Assembly: GCA_963515445.1 (NCBI GenBank)
Contig: CAUPWR010000011.1
Coordinates: 617-64,616, forward strand
DNA from: Haemophilus parainfluenzae
Lineage (GTDB): Bacteria; Pseudomonadota; Gammaproteobacteria; Enterobacterales; Pasteurellaceae
Length of the DNA stretch: 64,000 nucleotides
Direction: 5' to 3'
The notes beneath the pieces are model-generated. The model made no database searches, had not been told where the DNA came from, and was given only the letters and a program-made list of their open reading frames with translations. Position numbers and translations under genes: made by a program. This document shows positions 33,338 through 41,475 of this stretch, piece by piece; within the stretch, counting starts at the first letter, position 1; each line of letters starts with the position of its first letter.

Positions 33338-33937
33338 ATGGCATTAATAGGATTTGCTCGAGTATCAACTCAACAGCAGGATCTAAGTGAACAGATTCAA
33401 GTATTAAAAGAATACGGCTGTAAGAAAATTTTTTCAGGGAAGCATTCCGGTAAAGCTGAGAAAAATAAAGCACAATTGGATGAACTACTGGATTATGTCC
33501 GAGAGGGTGATGTTGTTGCAGTAACTAAGCTTGACCGCCTAGGAAGGAGCCTTGCTCAGTGTTTGAATACACTTGAACTATTTAAGAATAAAAATATTGG
33601 TTTTGTTGCAATACAACAAGGAATAGATACCCGAACCCAAAACAATCCTATGGGGATGGCCTTAATTCAATTGTTAGGTATTTTTGCTGAATTGGAAAGA
33701 AGTTTTATTGTCGAGCGTACTCAGGAAGGGAAGCGAACAAAACTTGCTTCAGGTCATAAAAATGCATTAGGCGGCCGCCCACCTAAAGTGACAGATAAAA
33801 TACGTAAAAAGATTTATGCGGATTTTAAAGCTGGTGATTCTATTTCAACAGTAATGAAACGATATGATTTATCTAAATCAACGGTGGCGAGACTAAAAGG
33901 TATTTATAATAGGGAAAATTTAATGTCTGAAGAGTAG
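33338..33937 (+). CDS. Serine recombinase (resolvase/invertase) with C-terminal HTH
   Basis: GFARVST..Q, VTKLDRLGRS, FAELER..I.ERT.EG, GGRPP. Confidence 0.93.
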   Translation: MALIGFARVSTQQQDLSEQIQVLKEYGCKKIFSGKHSGKAEKNKAQLDELLDYVREGDVVAVTKLDRLGRSLAQCLNTLELFKNKNIGFVAIQQGIDTRTQNNPMGMALIQLLGIFAELERSFIVERTQEGKRTKLASGHKNALGGRPPKVTDKIRKKIYADFKAGDSISTVMKRYDLSKSTVARLKGIYNRENLMSEE

Positions 33938-33971
33938 AAAAAAACAGCTAAGTATTTCTGAGAATTATAAA

Positions 33972-34008
33972 CAAAAATGGCAGGGCTCAACTCTGCCATT
34001 TTTGTTTG
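33972..34008. terminator. Bidirectional terminator
   Basis: ACAAAAATGGCAG ... CTGCCATTTTTGT between convergent genes. Confidence 0.75.
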
Positions 34009-34013
34009 TTTTG

Positions 34014-34211
34014 TTATATTGAATAAGTTTCTAGAAGTTTTTTTAGCATTTCCGCCCTTGATAATTTTTCCTTTTCACAGATTGAATCAAACATATCTGC
34101 TACATCTGGCTTTAGGCGTAAAAGTATCTGTCTATAGTTATCCTTAGTGTATTTATTAGCATTAACACTGATAGTCTTTTTCCTGGTGTTGCTTAACTTG
34201 CTATAGCTCAT
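34014..34211 (-). CDS. Small ribbon-helix-helix-like DNA-binding protein
   Basis: RQILLRL strand followed by two helices (LSRAEMLKKLL). Confidence 0.6.
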   Translation of the reverse strand: MSYSKLSNTRKKTISVNANKYTKDNYRQILLRLKPDVADMFDSICEKEKLSRAEMLKKLLETYSI

Positions 34212-34818
34212 TGTTATCCTCTAAATATTTTTTCAAAATCTCAATGGATACCGCATGTTTTCCGGCAATCACTAAATTTTTACCATCTATTTTTAAATTT
34301 TGCGTTAGTCGGTAAGTCTTTTTCGGCTTTGATTTTGACCGCACTTTATTGCGGACTAACAGGATTTGATACTGCTGTTCTGGTGTTTTTATTTTGCCAT
34401 CACCGATGGTTTGATAAACTTGGGCTGCTGTGAGGTCGGATATTTTAACTTCTTTAATTAGCTGTTGATTATCGTCACCCAAAATAACAACATCCAAAGT
34501 GCCTTTTTCGGCCAGTTTTTGTTGCTCTCTTAATGGTAATTTTGCCATGCTGGATAACAGCGTTTTTTGCCCGGCATAATTGACAACAAGCCGCGCGTCA
34601 AGTTGATTTGTTGCGATTAACGGGATATAAGTCATCACGCCATGGCGTAACTCGCTCAAGTCCTCTCCACGCGACTCTAACTCCCGCCATATTGCCGCAA
34701 TATACATGAGATATTCCGCCGTAATGCTTAGTGTTTTGGCTAATTCCGCCTTTAAATCTTGGATTGTCATGCTTTTAACGGCGACAATATCAAAACTATT
34801 TGTCTTTGTTGGTAACAT
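34201..34818 (-). CDS. Hypothetical protein (phage-like)
   Basis: 205-aa ORF overlapping both neighbours. Confidence 0.75.
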   Translation of the reverse strand: MLPTKTNSFDIVAVKSMTIQDLKAELAKTLSITAEYLMYIAAIWRELESRGEDLSELRHGVMTYIPLIATNQLDARLVVNYAGQKTLLSSMAKLPLREQQKLAEKGTLDVVILGDDNQQLIKEVKISDLTAAQVYQTIGDGKIKTPEQQYQILLVRNKVRSKSKPKKTYRLTQNLKIDGKNLVIAGKHAVSIEILKKYLEDNNEL

Positions 34819-35473
34819 TTAATAACTCCTTTGTGCCGACCATTAATTCATTAAGCGCCTTTCTCTGTCTATGTTCGCGCCGCTTTGTGCGTTGATACTC
34901 TTGATATTCCGCCCACTTTTGCGGATCTAATTTCAACTGGTCACGTTTTTTGGCTTTATGTTTACGTTGTATTGCTTGATTGCGCTCAAGTCGCTCCGCT
35001 TTCTCAACATCGCTTAAACTATCCCAAAATTCGCGCCGTTGAGCCAGTATCTCATCTTTTTTATCCTGCCATCGTTGAGCCTGATAAACTTTCCGAGTGG
35101 CTAGATAATTCGGATCTTGCACACGTCTATAATGCCTTTCCCTTTGTGCTTCCAAATGTTCGTGCATTCGTTCCGGGTCTGCTTTTCGGTTTTCGCGGGC
35201 TTTGGCGTGGTTGCGTTTATTTAACTCAGGGTCTTCCGCTATCCGTTTGGCGTAGTGCGCATTTTGGATATTGTGTATCTTCAATTTTTCGCACTCCGCA
35301 CAGCAAGTATTTTTCCGCCCACGTTCCGGCGGTACTTTTTTACCACAAACTACACAATCAAGATTGCGACAATATTCGCAAAGCTCAAAAGTACGCCCAC
35401 TTGCCCGCCGATATTGATAATTTCTGCCGCACTGCGGGCATGGTCTTGTTATCGGCTTGTTTTTAATTCCCAT
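34796..35473 (-). CDS. Zn-finger plus highly charged helical protein
   Basis: CPQC, CEYC, CVVC and CCAEC motifs, then an Arg/Lys/Glu-rich region; ATG at 35473. Confidence 0.75.
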   Translation of the reverse strand: MGIKNKPITRPCPQCGRNYQYRRASGRTFELCEYCRNLDCVVCGKKVPPERGRKNTCCAECEKLKIHNIQNAHYAKRIAEDPELNKRNHAKARENRKADPERMHEHLEAQRERHYRRVQDPNYLATRKVYQAQRWQDKKDEILAQRREFWDSLSDVEKAERLERNQAIQRKHKAKKRDQLKLDPQKWAEYQEYQRTKRREHRQRKALNELMVGTKELLNVTNKDK

Positions 35474-35837
35474 CTTCGCCGCTCGCCCAATACACTCGGA
35501 CGGCATCAAGCACAGCAAATTGTTGCGCCTGTGTCATCCCCGCTAATTTGTTGTAAAGTGCGGTCAAATCTTGCGGTAAAGTGCCGTAGTGTGTGCGTAA
35601 GTCATCTGCCAAATCAAACGGCATTACAAGTCGAGTTAAATCACTGCCCGCATAGACATTGTATAACTCAACCCACTCCGATTTTGATAGTTCCGGCTTT
35701 TCTGCGCGCGTCAAATGTGCTAACTGCTCAAATGCATTATTAATATGAGCCGACAATCCTTTTTGTTCACCCTGTGGTGTACGGTCTGTCACATATTGCA
35801 ATGCGGTTTTTGATAGGTGTACTGCTGTTTTTGCCAT
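35463..35837 (-). CDS. Hypothetical protein, possible N-terminal RHH
   Basis: MAKTAVHLS..GLSAHINNAF strand-helix-helix pattern; operonic. Confidence 0.7.
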   Translation of the reverse strand: MAKTAVHLSKTALQYVTDRTPQGEQKGLSAHINNAFEQLAHLTRAEKPELSKSEWVELYNVYAGSDLTRLVMPFDLADDLRTHYGTLPQDLTALYNKLAGMTQAQQFAVLDAVRVYWASGEDGN

Positions 35838-35876
35838 TTTAAAAGCTCTAATTAAAGCCACTTACGTGGCTTGTTG

Positions 35877-36443
35877 TTAATAATATTTGATAATGCAATC
35901 AGTGTTCTGATAATCAAAATAATCAGAATCAATCTCGTTTCCGTCATCATCATACGCAACAAAATCCCAATAAACATAACATTTACGACCCATTTCAGTA
36001 ATAGCGCCCGCCTTATAAGTTACATATCCATCCTCTCTATTTGCATTATCAATGCTTGGATCAGGATATGCCTCATCAGTTTTAAAGTAAACTTTATGCT
36101 CACCGACAACGTTGTTGTGATCATTCGCGTAAATCGGAAAATGGCCTGTCATATTGTCATAAATTTTAATGCCATCTAATAGGATATTAATCTCGTCAAT
36201 AACATCATCTTGTCTGATACCGGCAAAGTAATTATCCCAATCATCATAAGTAATCTCTACATCACCGGTGTCCACACTAGCCCAACCGATATAAATAGGG
36301 TCTGCGTTTGTCTCAAAAAATATAATGATTGTATCTGCATCATCAGCTTGTCTGCCTGCGCATAAAATCACGTCATCATCGCCTAAATCAAGTCTAGTAT
36401 AAGTATTTTTGTCAATCGCAAGATCGTTTGTTACATAGTACAT
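35877..36443 (-). CDS. Hypothetical very acidic protein
   Basis: 188-aa Asp/Tyr-rich ORF with AAGGA RBS. Confidence 0.75.
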   Translation of the reverse strand: MYYVTNDLAIDKNTYTRLDLGDDDVILCAGRQADDADTIIIFFETNADPIYIGWASVDTGDVEITYDDWDNYFAGIRQDDVIDEINILLDGIKIYDNMTGHFPIYANDHNNVVGEHKVYFKTDEAYPDPSIDNANREDGYVTYKAGAITEMGRKCYVYWDFVAYDDDGNEIDSDYFDYQNTDCIIKYY

Positions 36444-36527
36444 AATTTGTTTCCTTTTTCTGCCCCTGCCGATTGGTGGGGTCTGGTTAAAGTTTTTGAG
36501 GGTATAGCCTTATCTCTTGGCTATGAT

Positions 36528-36560
36528 TGTATATTATATAATATACAGTTCATTTGCAAG
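36528..36560 (-). promoter_or_regulatory. Promoter with a 20-bp palindromic operator
   Basis: TTGCAA-N17-TAATAT on the minus strand; perfect palindrome TGTATATTATATAATATACA at 36528-36547. Confidence 0.6.
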
Positions 36561-36631
36561 CACTATTTTGTCAGTTTTGTGTAAATGTTTAAAATCTCCT
36601 TATTTACGCCAATGCGTACATTGTTAAATAT

Positions 36632-36666
36632 GTAAACACCCTTATCTGTTTAGATAAGGGTGTTTA
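36632..36666. terminator. Terminator after the methylase gene
   Basis: TAAACACCCTTATCT / AGATAAGGGTGTTTA hairpin. Confidence 0.7.
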
Positions 36667-36668
36667 TG

Positions 36669-37430
36669 TTAGTAAAACATTGGCTCATTTTCCCAATCAA
36701 TGTCAAGCGGGGGTTCTTCTACTGGTTCAGGTTCAATAACTTGATATTCTGCTTCAGTATAGGAATCTGCACTCTCCAATTTTTTGTTCCAATTTCCCAT
36801 TATGTGAGCAGGTGTGTATAAATGGTAATTCACCTCATCTTTAAGGGTGTTACCAATAATGACTTCTCCCGGTATATGCAAGAGTGTCATTTGTATATAA
36901 CACATTAATGCTGCAGTAAAATCCAAATCTCTTGCTTGAGCCCACATTTGTTGCTGAGGGTTAAAGTCCTCTTCACGCAAATAATTATAAGCCTCAATAA
37001 TCATTACGCCTGACCCACAAGTTGGCTCTTGCAATGTCAAAAAGCCACGTTTTTTAATTAAACTATGACAATCTGATAGAGTTACGGCTGCCATTAAGTG
37101 TGCAATGTGACTAGGTGTGAAATATTGAGCTTTATATTGATCACCTAAATCCAACGACATGAACACTGATCCTAGGAAATCATAGGTTTTATGCTCCAAA
37201 GCCTCAACAATAATGTTGAAAAGGCGACTGAGAGCTTGTTTTTCATCTTCATTATAATGCTCGCCAGCTGTCTGATAACGTTGTCTCAACGATTCATCTG
37301 CTTGTGCACCATATATAATGAGATAGAATTCCAGGGCAAAGATTGTAATAAAGTCGTAAAACACTTCTGAGCGTCGATATTGTGGTGCTATCGATTTAAA
37401 AAGTGCGGTAAATTTTTTCTCGAAATCCAT
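36669..37430 (-). CDS. N-6 DNA methylase-like protein (ICE-associated, HsdM-like)
   Basis: QYFTP and EPTCGSG SAM-binding motifs, GNTL; no NPPF motif seen. Confidence 0.75.
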   Translation of the reverse strand: MDFEKKFTALFKSIAPQYRRSEVFYDFITIFALEFYLIIYGAQADESLRQRYQTAGEHYNEDEKQALSRLFNIIVEALEHKTYDFLGSVFMSLDLGDQYKAQYFTPSHIAHLMAAVTLSDCHSLIKKRGFLTLQEPTCGSGVMIIEAYNYLREEDFNPQQQMWAQARDLDFTAALMCYIQMTLLHIPGEVIIGNTLKDEVNYHLYTPAHIMGNWNKKLESADSYTEAEYQVIEPEPVEEPPLDIDWENEPMFY

Positions 37431-37533
37431 AGATTACTCCTAAAATAACGGGAGCAATCCCCTTTGAGGATTACTCCCCAAAGGGTGGTTTATGAGAGCT
37501 CTAACAAAAAACGTTAGAATGGTTTAATAGAGG

Positions 37534-38487
37534 CTAAGCCGCTAATTTTGCTTCTTCATTCGATGTTAATTCGAGAGCATTTAACAAGAATTGTGTTGCT
37601 TCACGTGCTTGAGAAGATGCTCGGAAAATAGCTTTTTTATCGGCTTTTAATGCGTTAATCCAATGTTCAATATACGCTGCATTTTGTGAAATATTATTGC
37701 AAACATTCACGTGCGCACAGGTAAAGGCGCTTGTGAGTTCAGCTATTAATTCTTCAAATGCATATTGTTCAGAACCAAATTTATCAAATTTAGCTACACC
37801 GTCACGATTTAACCGGTCTTTATGCCCGGTGGCGTGACCGCATTCATGCAGTAGAGTTGCATAGTAGTCATCAGCTGTATTGAATTTTTTGAAATCCGGC
37901 ATCACAATGCAATCTTTTCTCGGCATATAACAAGCACGATCTTGTGCTTTGTTATACAGCTGCATACCCATTTTATTGGGTAATACATCTAAATCCGGAC
38001 GAGCTTGCATTTCAGAAGATTTTTCTGGTTCAGGATATTCTTCATAGTATTTTTCTAAGCCTTCACACTGTTCAATATTAAACACGTGATGACCACGAAT
38101 AAATACAGATGACTTCATTTTCGGATCACCGTTTTCATCAAGTACAATGTTTCCGCTATCGTCTTTTTCTTCAAACATATTTTGTTTATAGAAAATAATA
38201 ACTGTACTTTTCTCACCTGTTCGGACTTGGCCACCTAGATGATTTGCTCCTTGAAAAGTTACCCACTTGCGTTGAGTAAAGTTTTTTCTAATAGCGCTCA
38301 TCCAAAGCAGAAGTACGTTGATCCCGGAGTATTGACGACCACTTTCACCGTTGCATGGAATAGCCATTTGTGGCCATCCACTATCCCAAGGTTTTTGCCA
38401 TGGCATCACACCTTGTTCTAATGCTTCGAGAATTTGGTCTGTAATTTGTTGGTATAAATCTTTGGCAGGTTGAGTTCTTTTTTTCAT
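37534..38487 (-). CDS. ardC: ArdC-family antirestriction/ssDNA-binding protein
   Basis: PWQKPW, YSGIN, WVTF.G, VFNIEQ, HECGHATGH, YAFEELIAE. Confidence 0.88.
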   Translation of the reverse strand: MKKRTQPAKDLYQQITDQILEALEQGVMPWQKPWDSGWPQMAIPCNGESGRQYSGINVLLLWMSAIRKNFTQRKWVTFQGANHLGGQVRTGEKSTVIIFYKQNMFEEKDDSGNIVLDENGDPKMKSSVFIRGHHVFNIEQCEGLEKYYEEYPEPEKSSEMQARPDLDVLPNKMGMQLYNKAQDRACYMPRKDCIVMPDFKKFNTADDYYATLLHECGHATGHKDRLNRDGVAKFDKFGSEQYAFEELIAELTSAFTCAHVNVCNNISQNAAYIEHWINALKADKKAIFRASSQAREATQFLLNALELTSNEEAKLAA

Positions 38488-38617
38488 GGTTGTTCTCCAA
38501 TAAAAAAAGGGAACAACCCCCCGAATGGGAAATTGCTCCCAGTCGGGTAAAAGAAAACCTTGAACACGCCAATGGCATGATCAAGGTTTGTTGTAAAGGT
38601 TGCAGGTATTAATTCAG

Positions 38618-38776
38618 TTATGAATTAACACCAATGGAATGTGTTTTTTTGCTTTGTGCTTTTTGCTCTTGTTGACGTTTTAATGATCGCACACCAATAA
38701 AAGCAACTGTTCCCATAAAAAACAGTACAAAGACAATTGCAAAGAGGAACCCATTCCAGTTTAACGTAATATTCAT
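38618..38776 (-). CDS. 52-aa single-TM protein MNITLNWNGFLFAIVFVLFFMG...
   Basis: GGAG RBS, starts 3 nt after the upstream stop, TM plus basic tail; missed by the ORF track. Confidence 0.6.
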   Translation of the reverse strand: MNITLNWNGFLFAIVFVLFFMGTVAFIGVRSLKRQQEQKAQSKKTHSIGVNS

Positions 38777-38779
38777 ACG

Positions 38780-39028
38780 TTACGCTCCGTCTGTCTCCAT
38801 TAAGTTGTTGCAATATTTAGCTAACAACACACCACAGAACCAAGCTATTCCGCCAAATATCATAATGATAATGGCAAGAAGTAGCGGAATATTGTCATTC
38901 TGAACAAACATTGCGACAAACGCAATACCTAAGATGTAAGTGCCGATTTTACGAAAATCTTCAGAAACCAGCAGCATTGTTTTTTTGTCCCAATTGGAAC
39001 TAACAAGCTTGAGTAAACGCTTAATCAT
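38780..39028 (-). CDS. Small 2-TM membrane protein
   Basis: Hydrophobic hairpin, operonic. Confidence 0.7.
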   Translation of the reverse strand: MIKRLLKLVSSNWDKKTMLLVSEDFRKIGTYILGIAFVAMFVQNDNIPLLLAIIIMIFGGIAWFCGVLLAKYCNNLMETDGA

Positions 39029-39030
39029 GT

Positions 39031-39264
39031 TTACCCCCTTACACTTAACAAATCTTTACGGTTTGCGTATGGCGAAACTGTAAAGAAGTGATATTTCTGT
39101 CCGTATTGACTAGGGATATTCACCATAATACGAGTAGAAGATACATCTTTTCCTCGATTTTCCCAGGCATTTAATGCTTGAGTGCGAACTTCCTCTATTA
39201 GAGATTCTGAGTCATTATGTTTGGCTAAATAAGCTAAACAACTGTTATGTAATGTCACTTTCAT
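39031..39264 (-). CDS. Hypothetical protein
   Basis: AGGAG RBS within a repeated leader element. Confidence 0.7.
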   Translation of the reverse strand: MKVTLHNSCLAYLAKHNDSESLIEEVRTQALNAWENRGKDVSSTRIMVNIPSQYGQKYHFFTVSPYANRKDLLSVRG

Positions 39265-39348
39265 AAGTTTTCTCCTACAGCAAGGGAAACCTTTACCTCT
39301 AAGGGTAAAAATTCCCCTTAGGGTTGAAAATGAATAGCTTATGCAATG

Positions 39349-39705
39349 TTAATGCATAAGGTAGTAAAGAGTACCCACTGTACCAACAATACCGACAATC
39401 AAAAATAAAATGCTAAATAACGTTGTTCGTTTTAACCACGTTCTTTGCACATCATCAATAATTGCCTCATATTCTTCCGCTTGGCTATCTAGCATCATTT
39501 GTAATTCGCAAAGCCGACGAGCTTCTTCGTCTTCAATGCTTTGATTGATACCAGATGTCACTTGTTTGTATTTATCGGTTGCTTTGTTTTTAGCTGCAAC
39601 GAAAAAACGGCCCAAGTGTTTTCCCACACGAAATGAAAATGTTGGAGTTTCAAGAGGGTTACTTGATGGAACATCATAGTGTTCCAATTGAGTGGATGAG
39701 GACAT
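39349..39705 (-). CDS. Hypothetical protein with C-terminal TM
   Basis: AGGAG RBS before ATG 39705. Confidence 0.7.
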   Translation of the reverse strand: MSSSTQLEHYDVPSSNPLETPTFSFRVGKHLGRFFVAAKNKATDKYKQVTSGINQSIEDEEARRLCELQMMLDSQAEEYEAIIDDVQRTWLKRTTLFSILFLIVGIVGTVGTLYYLMH

Positions 39706-40079
39706 AGTCATTCTCCTAATGTGAAATAAAAAATTCCTTGGAAAAATGACATGCCCGAAGGGAATCATTTTCCCTCGGAAGGTCTTTAAGGTGGCATTCC
39801 TACGATTGCGTAGAGTATCCTTTCAGAATGCTGGATAACATTTTGGCTATGATTCTACTTGCACTAAGGCAAGGCGTTGCTTCTCAAGAATCGTGCAACT
39901 TATAAGAGCTGTTTGCACAGCGACTTATCAAGTCCAATCATACTTAATAAGGCTGTCGAATCTCTATTAAAAATTGTTTTTTGGAAATGGAGAATTTATC
40001 TCAAAATCAAAAAGAATTTTTTATATATTCCCCCCTGTCATTTCGTTAATGTTTCAACTATCCAATTTCATCGTAAGGG

Positions 40080-40523
40080 ATGGTTATGTCTATAAAAAAA
40101 TCACTGTTTCTTTTCGGTTTGTTACCACTATCAGTGTTCGCCCAGGGGCCTAATCCCATAATTACTGTTTATTCAACACAAGATTATCCAATTCTTCACG
40201 CAGAGCTTGCAAGCCAGGTGTATTTACTTGATCAAGTTGAGCAATGGGAAAATTTGATTAGTCAGCGATTGAGTGCGAATCCTAGTGTAGCAGCTCAGCA
40301 AGCATCTCAGATTTTTCAGTCTGCTGAATGGAAACAGTCTGAAGAGCAATTAAAGCGTTCTTATCAGGGCCTTATAAGTGGTTGGCAAAATGGAATCAAG
40401 AAGGTGCCTGCAGTTTTATTTCAATATCCGGGAAAAGAGGATAGTGTCATATATGGTGAAACCAATATTGCTCAGGCATTAAGTTTATGGCAACGAGAGA
40501 TTACAAAAGAGGGGACAAGATGA
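40080..40523 (+). CDS. ICE protein, TIGR03757/DUF1525-like
   Basis: Signal peptide, W..GI.KVPAV..VIYG motif, synteny. Confidence 0.75.
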   Translation: MVMSIKKSLFLFGLLPLSVFAQGPNPIITVYSTQDYPILHAELASQVYLLDQVEQWENLISQRLSANPSVAAQQASQIFQSAEWKQSEEQLKRSYQGLISGWQNGIKKVPAVLFQYPGKEDSVIYGETNIAQALSLWQREITKEGTR

Positions 40524-41461
40524 AATTGAAAAAAATGACATTATCCGGGCTTTGTATTGCAATTGCGTTGACCAGTATTTCAGGACAAGCTTCGGAGTCC
40601 GGTCAATCTTCTTTAAACACTGCATCGATTATGGCATCAAGCGCTTCGACAAGTTGTTTAGATTATAAGGTCGTTGGTACTTGTTTTTGGCTATTTTGTA
40701 CAAAATTCGGCTGTAAAATCCGGACATCTACGAAAATAAAACACTATATTCCCGAGGTAGTGGTTTCAAGTTATAACCATCAGGCTCAAAATCCTTGGGT
40801 GGAAATGAATTTCCTTAGCAATGGGGTAAAAGGTGGAGATTATCAATCACCACACAAAGACTATACGCAAGCAACATTTAAAAATGTTGATGTAATCGGT
40901 CATCCGCAGGGAGCGATTAGTCAAATGCTTAATAGTACAGGGTATTACTGCAAAAGTCAGACAACGCCTTTTGTGCCTTATTACTTGAGTGGTTTGGACT
41001 TTTTAGCGTGGCGATTTGGTGTTCCGGAAATGGTTTATCCTGAAGCGCTTATTCCAGGTATGAGAGAAATTAGAGCAAATGGAGACACTTGGGGAAATAT
41101 TTATCCACGAGCGGGTACAGTAACACAAGTTCATGACTATAAAGCTTCAGCTGTAACAGCGCATCGAGTAGCGGATGTTGTGACAAATACTTTCCAACCA
41201 CATGTATATATACCGATTGCGAAAAAAGATAATCAATCGAATGGTGAGTGGTTTCCCCCTCCAGTGAAAGAAGGGGATGAAAAGACACATAAATGGCAAC
41301 AGCTTCACCCGGTTACTTCACAGTCTTGTGCTATTTTCCCTGATAACCCGCCAAGTATGCTATCTGAAAATGGTAGTTATGCCTGGGCATTATGGCGCCC
41401 TTACAAGTGCTGTAAAAAACGCGGACAAACATTTTTGTATAGTATTGATTGGTCTAATTAA
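40520..41461 (+). CDS. ICE TraU-like protein, TIGR03756-like
   Basis: Cys-rich (CLDY.VVG.CFWL.C), WGNIYPR, WALWRPY.CC. Confidence 0.82.
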   Translation: MKLKKMTLSGLCIAIALTSISGQASESGQSSLNTASIMASSASTSCLDYKVVGTCFWLFCTKFGCKIRTSTKIKHYIPEVVVSSYNHQAQNPWVEMNFLSNGVKGGDYQSPHKDYTQATFKNVDVIGHPQGAISQMLNSTGYYCKSQTTPFVPYYLSGLDFLAWRFGVPEMVYPEALIPGMREIRANGDTWGNIYPRAGTVTQVHDYKASAVTAHRVADVVTNTFQPHVYIPIAKKDNQSNGEWFPPPVKEGDEKTHKWQQLHPVTSQSCAIFPDNPPSMLSENGSYAWALWRPYKCCKKRGQTFLYSIDWSN

Positions 41462-41475
41462 TAAAGGAATTGAGT

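Noticed and set aside
34885..36179. Plus-strand ORFs of 193, 162 and 102 aa
   Set aside because: Antisense shadows of the coupled minus-strand operon, with no RBS or recognisable motifs
32540..36600. Composite transposon bounding the resolvase and phage-like cluster
   Set aside because: No terminal inverted repeats, target duplication or transposase found by eye
38625..38813. 62-aa ORF from the ORF track
   Set aside because: The alternative frame 38618-38776 has an RBS, coupling to the upstream gene and a TM segment
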